Source: an archaeon (GTDB lineage Archaea > Iainarchaeota > Iainarchaeia > Iainarchaeales > CSSED10-239). Taken from it: a stretch of DNA of 23,876 nt. A model generated the notes under the pieces. That model did not search any database. It was not told the origin of the DNA and was given only the letters and a program-made list of their open reading frames with translations. Positions within the stretch are counted from its first letter, which is position 1, and each line of letters starts with the position of its first letter. Below are positions 1 to 8,138 of the stretch, piece after piece. Where the stretch lies: assembly GCA_035387745.1 (NCBI GenBank), contig DAOOON010000003.1:1-23876 (forward strand), written 5' to 3'. The position numbers and the translations under genes are program-made.

Positions 1-41
1 TTTAAGTTAATTAATTAAATAAATATAAAAAAAGAGAACCG

Positions 42-61
42 ATATATATATATATATATAT
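42..61. repeat. (AT)10 dinucleotide microsatellite
   Basis: Uninterrupted atatat... run read directly from the sequence. It lies just downstream of the stop of the 106..1365 gene. Confidence 0.9.
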
Positions 62-105
62 CCTTTTGTGAGCCCGAGATCGCCTTAACCAAATCGAAAA
101 ACTAA

Positions 106-1365
106 TTATTCAATTAACCATTTCCAAAGCGGAATATATCTAATTATTTTGTTATTAATTTTTTCTTCTTTTTCTAAATCGTTAGTTATTATAGTTCCGT
201 CTTTTAATCCAAATTTGTCACAAGTATATAAAAGTGATTTTAATTCTCTTTCTTTTGTTTTTGTATCTGCCAAATCATAACAAACTTGTATTGCTGAAAC
301 TATTTTGTCTTTGTCTTTAACTAAAAAATCAACTTCCCAACCATTATCTAACTTATAAAAATAAATCTTTTTTCCTCTTCTTAATAATTCTAAAAAAACA
401 ATATTTTCATATAATTTCCCTAGATTTTCAGAAAACTTAAAGGCCATTTGATTAATTAGCCCGGTATCTATACAATATATTTTTTTTGCTGCTCTTTCTT
501 GATTTTTTAAAGATGGATCATATTTATTTAACTCAAATAAAACATAAGCATTTACTAAATAGGAAACATATTTCTTTGCGGTGTGTGTACTGCCCATATT
601 AAAATTATTTTTTAAAGAAGTATATGAAAACTCTTTAGAAAAATTAGTTATTAAAAAGTGAGCTAGTTTCTTAAATGTTGTTTCATCAATTATCTTATAT
701 CTATTTATTATATCTTTATTTATTACATCATTATATATTGAACTTAAAATCTCAGAATTATCATAAACCACCACTTCTGGGAATCCCCCTTTCTTTATAT
801 ATTCTTTTAAATGCTTATTTATTTCGGTCTTTCCTTCCGTAGTTTTAGAATTCTTTTTAAAATCCTTATATCTTAAATATTCTTCAAAAGAAAATGGATA
901 TATTAAAATATCAAAATGCCTTCCTGTAAGATATGTAGAGATTTCTTTACTTAATAATTCTGCATTCGAACCAGTTATAAAAAACCTATGACCTTCAGTA
1001 TATAATCTATTAACAAACTTATCCCAATTTGGTTTTCCTTGTATTTCATCAAAAAAGAAAATTTTCTTTTCTCCAAATTGTTCTAATAACACTTCATGTA
1101 ATAACTGAAAATCTTTTGTTTTAAAATCAAGTATTCTTTCATCAGAGAAATCAAAATAATAAAACTTATCCTTGTAGTATTTACTCATCCATTGTAATAA
1201 AAATGTAGATTTGCCTGCTCTTCTGTGCCCAGTTATTACTATGTTTATTTTATGATTTATAAATGATGTTATTTCTGATAATTTTTGTCTTATTAGCCCT
1301 TCTGACAATTTTTCTAATCTTTTGTTTTGATCTAATATTATTTGTGTTAAATATTCTTTATTCAT
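106..1365 (-). CDS. AAA+ family ATPase with C-terminal DUF4143 / PD-(D/E)xK-like module (COG1373-type)
   Basis: 419-aa ORF with ATG start and TAA stop. Walker A is 'TGHRRAGKST' and the Walker B-like motif is 'IFFFDEIQ'. The C-terminal 'GWEVDFLVKDKDKIVSAIQVCY' resembles the E-x-D...K restriction-endonuclease-like motif of this family. Confidence 0.75.
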   Translation of the reverse strand: MNKEYLTQIILDQNKRLEKLSEGLIRQKLSEITSFINHKINIVITGHRRAGKSTFLLQWMSKYYKDKFYYFDFSDERILDFKTKDFQLLHEVLLEQFGEKKIFFFDEIQGKPNWDKFVNRLYTEGHRFFITGSNAELLSKEISTYLTGRHFDILIYPFSFEEYLRYKDFKKNSKTTEGKTEINKHLKEYIKKGGFPEVVVYDNSEILSSIYNDVINKDIINRYKIIDETTFKKLAHFLITNFSKEFSYTSLKNNFNMGSTHTAKKYVSYLVNAYVLFELNKYDPSLKNQERAAKKIYCIDTGLINQMAFKFSENLGKLYENIVFLELLRRGKKIYFYKLDNGWEVDFLVKDKDKIVSAIQVCYDLADTKTKERELKSLLYTCDKFGLKDGTIITNDLEKEEKINNKIIRYIPLWKWLIE

Positions 1366-1395
1366 ATATACTATAGAACGATTCTATTTAAAAAG

Positions 1396-1451
1396 TTGTG
1401 CATTGCCGGTGCACAAATTACTGCGTTTTTGTGCATCCGAAGTGCACAAAA
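1396..1451 (-). promoter_or_regulatory. Two tandem copies of the palindrome TTGTGCA-N7-TGCACAA (operator-like or double hairpin) next to a TATA-like box
   Basis: Copy 1 is 1396-1402/1410-1416 with 7-bp arms. Copy 2 is 1427-1435/1443-1451 with 9-bp arms. Both have 7-nt spacers, and the centres are 33 bp apart. On the minus strand copy 1 is followed by CTTTTTAAATAG (TATA-like, about 25 nt before the ATG at 1365). Confidence 0.5.
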
Positions 1452-1466
1452 TATTGTTACTCAAAA

Positions 1467-4319
1467 TCATAACGCAAAAGAGAAATAGACTTCTCTCTTG
1501 ATTAGGGTTTGCTTGCTTGGAGTTTTTGGCTCAAAGACCTGATAGGAGATTCTTGTTGCTGTACCTTGCTCAATTACTTGTTTTTTGATCTTTATGAATG
1601 CTTCGTCTGAACAAGAGATGTGAAGAGTAACTACTTGACTTGGAGTAAGGTTGTTTTTCTTTCTCTCTGCTTGTATAGCTCTTGTTAGTTCACTTAATTC
1701 CCATTCGTCTTCTAGACCTTCTGGCAAATCATTGTCAAGATAGATTGAAAGATTATCGCTGACTTTTCCTTCCTCAAAGTTTCCTTTTGGAATCGTTGTT
1801 TGAAGAAGAACTTCTTTAATGTTAGCCATATTTGCTACAATTTCTTTGACGCCAGTTAACTTTTCTGCATCTGGAGAGACAACAACTAACCTTGGAAGAA
1901 CCCATCTAAGTCTTTTCTTTGTCCTTTCTCTTGCTGCTAAGGCTTCTTGAACAATTGCTAAAGCAATTTCAAAGTTGTCTTCTAGTTCTTTGTTGATTAG
2001 CTTTTCATTTGCTACTGGAAGCTCTTCAAGATGTATTGTTTCTTTTCTATCTTTAAACTTTAAGAAAAGATATTCAGTTAAGTGTGGAGCTGCTGGTGAG
2101 AGATGCAATAACAATCCTGAAAAGATATGACTCAAGACATTGTTTTTAGTTTCTCTTTTCTTTATTAGCTTAATGTATGTTCTACTAAAGTCTTCTAGAA
2201 TAAATTTTTCTAAGTCTAGAGTTGCTTTTGAGAAGTTACAGCCAGAATAGTTCTTGTGATAGCTTTCAACTAGAGAATTATACTTTGAAAGAATCCATTT
2301 GTCTTCTATCTCTAGTTTATCATTATCAATTGAGGGATTAAATTTCTGCTTATCATCCATTAATGCCATCAAAGAATAAATATTTTCTAGAAGATTAAAT
2401 ACTCTTTTGATATCAGAAAACTTCTTTTCATCAATTATTACATCCATACCATTGTATTCTCTAGAAAAATAATATCTGTAGTAATCAATTGAGGTTTCTG
2501 AAAATCTTTGTGCTAGCGGCCTGTCGTTTCCTAAAGATTTAGATAGCTTCTTTTTATCAACTGCTAGAACCATTCCGTGAAGAGCAACAAACTGGTATGG
2601 TGCTTTGTCAAAACAGATTGCTGAAACAAGCATCTGAGAATTCCACCAACCTCTTATTTGGTCAGAGCCTTCAAGATTAATGTCTGGTGGCCAGAACTGA
2701 TTAAATGTTTCTTGTTTCTTTGGATAACCAAGACTTGCAAAAGAAGCAATTCCTGAATCAAACCAAACATCAAAGATTTCTGGAATTCTTTTTTTTGTGC
2801 CTCCGCATTTACAAGCATAAGTGATATTATCAATTCCTGGCTTATGAAGATCCATATTTACATCAACTGCTGAGGCTTTAATTTTTAATTCCTCTAAAGA
2901 ACCAAAGACTTCAATCTCTTTACATTTATCACATTGCCAGATTGGTATTGGCGTTCCCCAATATCTTGCTCTTGAGATTGGCCAATCTGATAAAGAGTCA
3001 AGCCAATTATCAAATCTTTCTTTTGCCCAATCGGGATACCAAGTTACTTCTTTTTGGTTTATTTCTCTTAGTCTTTCTTTCATTGGCTCAATTCTTAAGA
3101 ACCATTGAGGGAGAGCAACCTGAAGAAGAGGAGAAACACATCTCCAACAGGTTGGATATGCATGAGTTATCGAACGCTTACCAAGTATTGCTTGCTTTTT
3201 TTCTAAATATTCAATAATCTTTGGGTCAAGTGCTTTTACTTTTTCTCCTTTAAAAACCTTCATTGAAGAATCATAAACTCCTTCAACTGTTACTGGACAA
3301 TAAGCAGGGAAATTATTTTCTTTGCCAACAGTATAGTCTTCTCTACCATGGCCTGGTGCACAATGCACAAGCCCAGTTCCTTCCTCAAGATGCACAAACC
3401 TTGGAGATAACGCAACTTTATAGCAATCCTTCTTTAGCTCATCAAGCTTTTCTAGCCATTCGCCTAAGATTGGTTCATACTTCTTTCCTGCTAGCTCTTG
3501 ACCTTTGTATTTTTTTCCTAAATCATAATCTTTCCAACCAAGTTCTCTTATAATCTTTTCTACTAGTTCTTCTGCGACAATATATTTCTCGTTATTATAA
3601 ATTAATTCAACATAAGTAAAATTTGGATGAACCATTATTCCTAGATTTGCAGGGAGAGTCCAGGGTGTCGTTGTCCAGATGACATAATAGGTGCTTGGCA
3701 TATCCAGAGATTTTAGCCTAACATAAACTGAAGTGTCTGTTAAGTCTTTGTGCTCAATCTCATTAAAAGAAACTGCAGTTCCACAAGATGGGCAAATATG
3801 TACAGGATATTTATCGTGATATAAAAGACCCTTATCGGTAGCCTTTTTAAAAACCCACCAACCAGTCTCCATATACGATTTATCAAGAGTTCTGTAGGGG
3901 TTCTTAAAATCCATCCATTGTCCAAGATTATATATTTCTTTTGACATGTCGTCAATATGTTCTGTTGCAAACTTATAGCATTCTTTTGTAAAGTTATAAA
4001 TACCAAACTTTTCAATATCTTCTTTTGATTTTAAAGCATATTTCTTTTGAACCTTTGCTTCTATTGGTACACCATGCGTATCAAAGCCAGGGGTATCAAG
4101 AACAGTATAGCCTGACATTCGTCTGTATCTTATGATTAGATCTTTTAGGATTCTATTCATTGCTGTTCCAAGATGTAGACTTCCTGAAGCATAAGGCGGG
4201 CCATCTATAAAGTAGTAGTTCTTAGTGCCTTTCTTTGCTCTGACCTTTTCTGGAATTCCATTGACTTTCCAGTAATTCTTAATTTCTAGTTCTGTTTTGT
4301 TTGAAAATTGTTCAGCCAT
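1467..4319 (-). CDS. ileS: Isoleucyl-tRNA synthetase
   Basis: 950-aa ORF. Class I motifs are 'PPYASGSLHLGT' (HIGH region) and 'KLSKS' (KMSKS). IleRS-type blocks are 'GFDTHGVPIE' and 'WPISRARYWGTPIPIW'. Cys clusters are CPSCG, CWRC and CDKC. Confidence 0.9.
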   Translation of the reverse strand: MAEQFSNKTELEIKNYWKVNGIPEKVRAKKGTKNYYFIDGPPYASGSLHLGTAMNRILKDLIIRYRRMSGYTVLDTPGFDTHGVPIEAKVQKKYALKSKEDIEKFGIYNFTKECYKFATEHIDDMSKEIYNLGQWMDFKNPYRTLDKSYMETGWWVFKKATDKGLLYHDKYPVHICPSCGTAVSFNEIEHKDLTDTSVYVRLKSLDMPSTYYVIWTTTPWTLPANLGIMVHPNFTYVELIYNNEKYIVAEELVEKIIRELGWKDYDLGKKYKGQELAGKKYEPILGEWLEKLDELKKDCYKVALSPRFVHLEEGTGLVHCAPGHGREDYTVGKENNFPAYCPVTVEGVYDSSMKVFKGEKVKALDPKIIEYLEKKQAILGKRSITHAYPTCWRCVSPLLQVALPQWFLRIEPMKERLREINQKEVTWYPDWAKERFDNWLDSLSDWPISRARYWGTPIPIWQCDKCKEIEVFGSLEELKIKASAVDVNMDLHKPGIDNITYACKCGGTKKRIPEIFDVWFDSGIASFASLGYPKKQETFNQFWPPDINLEGSDQIRGWWNSQMLVSAICFDKAPYQFVALHGMVLAVDKKKLSKSLGNDRPLAQRFSETSIDYYRYYFSREYNGMDVIIDEKKFSDIKRVFNLLENIYSLMALMDDKQKFNPSIDNDKLEIEDKWILSKYNSLVESYHKNYSGCNFSKATLDLEKFILEDFSRTYIKLIKKRETKNNVLSHIFSGLLLHLSPAAPHLTEYLFLKFKDRKETIHLEELPVANEKLINKELEDNFEIALAIVQEALAARERTKKRLRWVLPRLVVVSPDAEKLTGVKEIVANMANIKEVLLQTTIPKGNFEEGKVSDNLSIYLDNDLPEGLEDEWELSELTRAIQAERKKNNLTPSQVVTLHISCSDEAFIKIKKQVIEQGTATRISYQVFEPKTPSKQTLIKREVYFSFAL

Positions 4320-4390
4320 AACTTAATCAAATTTATATATTAAATAATATATTTTAGATAGAAAAAGTTTTTAAAACAAGTTAATTTAAG

Positions 4391-5842
4391 CTATTTCTTT
4401 GTGGCTTTGTCAAGAAGGTTATCAACAAAGGGAATTATGCCTTTTTCGTCTTGTTTGAAGTCTATTCCGTTTTGCTCTAACAAAATTAAAACATCATCAA
4501 TCATTGCAACAGAGTAACCAAGAGATAACATCATGCTTTGTAGTTCTTCTCTTGTATATTTATTAGCATACGGCCTTATTAAAACATACAAGAAGTTAAT
4601 CTGTTGGTTTGTAGAAGTGTTTTTTGGTAGGCTTTCTTTTGCTTCTTGAGCAGTTAGCCTTCTTGATTCTTTTGATGCTCCTGCAACAGGAATATTTGCA
4701 TAATCTCTTCTTCTTTTTATCTCATTAATACTTGCAGACATATCTTCTGTTTGTTTTATTTCTGATAAATCAAAAGTTTTATAGCTTACTTTTTTCTCTC
4801 TGAATTTTTCTACTTTTATTTCTTTGTCCTCTAATGTTGAAACAAAGTTTTTTAGATAGCTTACTTCTTGATATATTTCTCTTAAATTATTAAAATCTTC
4901 AGACATTTTCTTAACAAACAATTCTTTTGTTTTTTTCATGTTTTTTATTTCTTTTATTTCTGCCTTATATAGCTCTTTATCTTTTAAGCCTTCTTTAATA
5001 ATTTCAAACATAATGTCTTGAGCCACTCCTTTACTAAAACCATTACTTACTAATAAATCAAGTATCCAGTCTCTATTTGCACCAATCTCTATCAAGTATT
5101 TGATTGTGTTTCTAATATTTTGTATTGACCTTTTTTGTATGCTCTCTTTTTTACTTAATTCTTCTTTGTTTTTCTCTAAAGCATATTGCCTTTCTTCTTT
5201 TGATCTTTCTGTAATATTTAAAACATCAAGATAGACGTGCTGTGGTAATCTTAATATTAAAAAACCCTCAATAAAGAACAACATATAAATTACTAAAGAA
5301 ACTATTATTGGAACAATCATTGGACTTCTTAAAAAAACAAATATATCAAGACTAAAGATTAAAATCATATTTAGACTAGACAATAATATTCCAATTATCC
5401 AATAGATAAATCTTATCTTTGTTGTTTCTTTTATTATTTTTACAAGCCTTTCTGTAGCTTCTGAATCTAGACCAATATAATCAGATAATGCCTTAACTGA
5501 TTCTTTTGAATAGTTCTTAATTAAGATATAGTTCACTATTCTTCTAATATTTTTTATTATTAGTTTAAGCTGTTTTTCTTTTTGTTCATCTTTTGCTATT
5601 TTTTGAACTTCTTTTAAGTCTCTGCTTTTTGAAAGAACCAAATAGAAGATATTAGATATCTGAGATACAAAGATGCCCACTCCAAAAAACAAAAGAAAAA
5701 TTACAAGAGATATTGCTAACGGAAGGTAGGGGTTTTTTGAAGTATCAAAAATATAATTGCTTTTTAATATAAAATAAACAATCCCACTAAAGATTAATCC
5801 AAATATCCATAGGAAAATCTTTTTAGTGTCTTTAAGGATCAT
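4391..5842 (-). CDS. Multi-pass membrane protein of unknown function with K/E-rich coiled-coil linkers and a thrice-repeated helical module
   Basis: 483-aa ORF. It has two pairs of hydrophobic helices (aa ~10-70 and ~143-198), each followed by a charged linker and a ~45-aa module. A third module copy lies at the C-terminus. I recognise no family. Confidence 0.6.
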   Translation of the reverse strand: MILKDTKKIFLWIFGLIFSGIVYFILKSNYIFDTSKNPYLPLAISLVIFLLFFGVGIFVSQISNIFYLVLSKSRDLKEVQKIAKDEQKEKQLKLIIKNIRRIVNYILIKNYSKESVKALSDYIGLDSEATERLVKIIKETTKIRFIYWIIGILLSSLNMILIFSLDIFVFLRSPMIVPIIVSLVIYMLFFIEGFLILRLPQHVYLDVLNITERSKEERQYALEKNKEELSKKESIQKRSIQNIRNTIKYLIEIGANRDWILDLLVSNGFSKGVAQDIMFEIIKEGLKDKELYKAEIKEIKNMKKTKELFVKKMSEDFNNLREIYQEVSYLKNFVSTLEDKEIKVEKFREKKVSYKTFDLSEIKQTEDMSASINEIKRRRDYANIPVAGASKESRRLTAQEAKESLPKNTSTNQQINFLYVLIRPYANKYTREELQSMMLSLGYSVAMIDDVLILLEQNGIDFKQDEKGIIPFVDNLLDKATKK

Positions 5843-5906
5843 AGAGAAATATATTATAAATATGTTTTTAAAGATATTTAATTAAAAAAATTGCATTTTC
5901 CAAAGG

Positions 5907-5981
5907 TGGGAGAAGCAGGATTCGAACCTGCGACCTTTGGTGTATAAGACCACTGCTCTGACCAGGCTGAGCTATACTCCC
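5907..5981 (-). tRNA. tRNA-Ile, anticodon UAU
   Basis: The reverse complement folds as a canonical 75-nt cloverleaf. Acceptor is GGGAGUA/UUCUCCC (U6:U67 mismatch), with U8 and D-arm GCUC..GG..GAGC. Anticodon stem is GUGGU/ACCAA and the loop is C-U-U-A-U-A-C. Variable loop is AGGUC, T-arm is GCAGG-UUCGAAU-CCUGC, discriminator is A. No CCA is encoded. Confidence 0.85.
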
Positions 5982-6052
5982 ACTAGTAAATTCGAAAATT
6001 AAATGGTCTATTAAGTAATATAATTGTAGAAATATATTTAAAGGTTATTTAC

Positions 6053-6397
6053 TTAAACTTGAGATCTGAAATTCTCTAAGTCTACATCTATTTGCTGATC
6101 AGTTTCCTCAAACTCTCCAAATCTACCAATATTTAGTCTCATAGATTTTTGAAACTCAGAAGAAAATAGGTTTCTAAAGATATAGGTTTTTCCAATCTCT
6201 ATTTTAGAAATCGCTTCATCCCACACCGTTAGGTAGATTGTTCCAGTATCGTCACCAATCAAGACTTCACAAACTGTGTGTTTTGTTTCGTCAAGTTTAG
6301 ATGTAACTTCTCTTATATTTGTTTTCTCTATAACCTTTGCTATCAGATCTACTTTTTTTTGAAAGTGTTTTATATCTCGTATTTTTTCTAAAATCAT
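6053..6397 (-). CDS. Single OB-fold ssDNA-binding protein (short archaeal SSB / hSSB1-like)
   Basis: 114-aa ORF. The pattern 'IRDIKHF.KKVDLIAKVIE...VCEVLIGDDTGTIYLTVWDE...IEIGKTYIFRN...F...RLNIGRFGEFEE' matches the OB-fold layout of short SSB/SOSS-B-type proteins as I remember them. Confidence 0.55.
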   Translation of the reverse strand: MILEKIRDIKHFQKKVDLIAKVIEKTNIREVTSKLDETKHTVCEVLIGDDTGTIYLTVWDEAISKIEIGKTYIFRNLFSSEFQKSMRLNIGRFGEFEETDQQIDVDLENFRSQV

Positions 6398-6493
6398 GTT
6401 GTTTCCAAGGTTATGGTTTTATTATATATCTTAGTTTAGAAGTTATTTAAAAACCTTGTGTTTATAAAAAAATAGAAAAAGAAAAGAAGATAT

Positions 6494-8119
6494 TTACATA
6501 TCTCCCATGTCCATTCCGCCGGGCATACCCATTGGTGGGCCTCTTGGCTTATTGGAACTTCCTGCAATTATGTCGTCTATTCTTAGAATCATCTCAGCAA
6601 CTTCTGCAGCAGAAGTAACCGCTTGTGTCTTAACTGCTATTGGCTCTATTACCTTTTTCTTCTTCATGTCTGCTAAAACTCCATTAACAACATCTATGCC
6701 TAAAGCTTTGTTGCTTGAATCTTGGTGCTTGCTTCTCAAAGACACAATAGTATCAATGGCATCAAGACCTGCGCTTTCTGCTAAAGTCTTTGGTATTATT
6801 TCTAAGACTTCTGCAAATGCCTCAATTGCAAGTTGTTCTCTTCCACCGACAGTCTTTGCAAAGTTCTTTAGTCTTAAAGCAACTTCAATCTCTGAAGAAC
6901 CGCCGGCAGCTACAAATTTACCAGTTTTTATGCTTGAGATTACTGCACCTATGGCATCTGTTAATGTTCTTTCTGTTTCTGCTAAGACTTGTTCTGATGT
7001 TCCTCTTAAAAGTATTGTAACGTACCCTGGGTTTGGACAACCCTCAATAAACAACATATCGTCGCCTGCAACTTTTTTTGAATAGACGTGCTCTGCGGTT
7101 CCAAGATCTTTTATTGTTACATCCTTTACTCTTGAAACAATCTTCCCGCCAGTGGCTTTTGCAAGTCTATCAATATCTGTTTGTCTTACTCTCCTTATTG
7201 CAGTTATTCCGCACTTTGCAAGATAATGCTGAGCAAGATCGTCTATTCCTTTTTGGCAAAGAACAAGGCTTGCACCAGTTGCTTGTATTCTATCAACCAT
7301 GGCTTTAAGATAACTTTCCTCTTGATCAATAAATGCTTGAAGCTGATCAGGAGAAGTAATTTGTATCTTTGCTTCTGTTTCTGGCTCTTTTACTTCAAGA
7401 GCAGAACTTATAAGAAGTATTTTTGCATTTTTAATGTTTCTTGGCATCTCTGAGTGAACGATTTCTTTATCAAGAACAATTCCATCTATTAATTTTGTTT
7501 CAGAAAGACTACCGCCAATTTTTTGCTCAATCTTTATCTGGTCTCTTTCTATTTCTTTGTTTGATTTTGAAATCTTTAGTATTCCTTCAAGAACAATATT
7601 ACCAAGATTTGTACTATATTCTGAAGCCTTACCAGTCATGGAGGTTTTTGCAATATCTAGTAATTCTGCTTTGTCATTAATTGTAACTTTCTCAGAAATT
7701 TCATTAAAATAATCAACTGCCTTTTCTGAAGCCATCTTATATCCTTTAATTATTATTGAGGGGTGTATATTTTCATCTAAAAGATTTTCAGCTTTTGCTA
7801 CAAGACCACCCGCAATAACAACAGCACTTGTCGTTCCGTCGCCAACTTCATCGTCTTGATTTTTTGCAAGTTCTACAAGCATCTTTCCAATTGGATGTTC
7901 AATTGCCATTTCTTTAAGTATTGTTGCACCGTCATTACTTATTGTAACATTGCCCATCTCATCAACTAGCATCTTATCCATGCCTCTTGGACCAAGTGTT
8001 GATTTGACGGCATTACTTACTGCTTTAGCAACCATTATATTCATTCTTTGAGCGTCCTTACCTCTTTCTCTTTTAGAACCTTCTGGTAAAAACATAGTAT
8101 TTTGACTTTCATTACCCAT
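6494..8119 (-). CDS. ths: Thermosome subunit (group II chaperonin)
   Basis: 541-aa ORF. It has the 'GDGTTSAVV' ATP-binding motif, '[10 protein letters not shown]', and a Met/Gly-rich C-terminal tail '[14 protein letters not shown]'. AGGTGA lies 6 nt before the ATG. Confidence 0.95.
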   Translation of the reverse strand: MGNESQNTMFLPEGSKRERGKDAQRMNIMVAKAVSNAVKSTLGPRGMDKMLVDEMGNVTISNDGATILKEMAIEHPIGKMLVELAKNQDDEVGDGTTSAVVIAGGLVAKAENLLDENIHPSIIIKGYKMASEKAVDYFNEISEKVTINDKAELLDIAKTSMTGKASEYSTNLGNIVLEGILKISKSNKEIERDQIKIEQKIGGSLSETKLIDGIVLDKEIVHSEMPRNIKNAKILLISSALEVKEPETEAKIQITSPDQLQAFIDQEESYLKAMVDRIQATGASLVLCQKGIDDLAQHYLAKCGITAIRRVRQTDIDRLAKATGGKIVSRVKDVTIKDLGTAEHVYSKKVAGDDMLFIEGCPNPGYVTILLRGTSEQVLAETERTLTDAIGAVISSIKTGKFVAAGGSSEIEVALRLKNFAKTVGGREQLAIEAFAEVLEIIPKTLAESAGLDAIDTIVSLRSKHQDSSNKALGIDVVNGVLADMKKKKVIEPIAVKTQAVTSAAEVAEMILRIDDIIAGSSNKPRGPPMGMPGGMDMGDM

Positions 8120-8138
8120 AATCTTTCACCTTTTAATT

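Noticed and set aside
62-100. A small GC-rich island (GTGAGCCCGAGATCGCCTTAACCAAATCG). Its reverse complement contains GGTTAAGGCG, reminiscent of a class II tRNA D-loop. It could be a tRNA fragment or att remnant next to the ATPase gene.
   Set aside because: I could not build D, anticodon or T stems around it, and the window ends 60 nt away. The evidence is insufficient to call a tRNA fragment or an integration scar.
2942-4015. ORF-track entries inside ileS (2942..3217 +, 3263..3553 +, 3740..4015 -).
   Set aside because: They lie entirely within the well-supported IleRS frame. Their products are low-complexity and Leu/Phe-rich with no motifs, which is typical of shadow ORFs in AT-rich DNA.
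4166-4195. The IleRS HIGH signature reads H-L-G-T instead of H-x-G-H, and the protein (950 aa) is shorter than many archaeal IleRS.
   Set aside because: I cannot exclude that HLGT is a normal variant in archaeal IleRS lineages. KMSKS (KLSKS) and the other catalytic blocks are intact. It needs an alignment, so I do not flag it as an anomaly.
6507-7680. Plus-strand ORFs antisense to the thermosome gene (6507..7085, 6790..7020, 7078..7308, 7181..7453, 7441..7680).
   Set aside because: They are antisense shadow frames of a highly conserved gene, with no start context and no recognisable domains.
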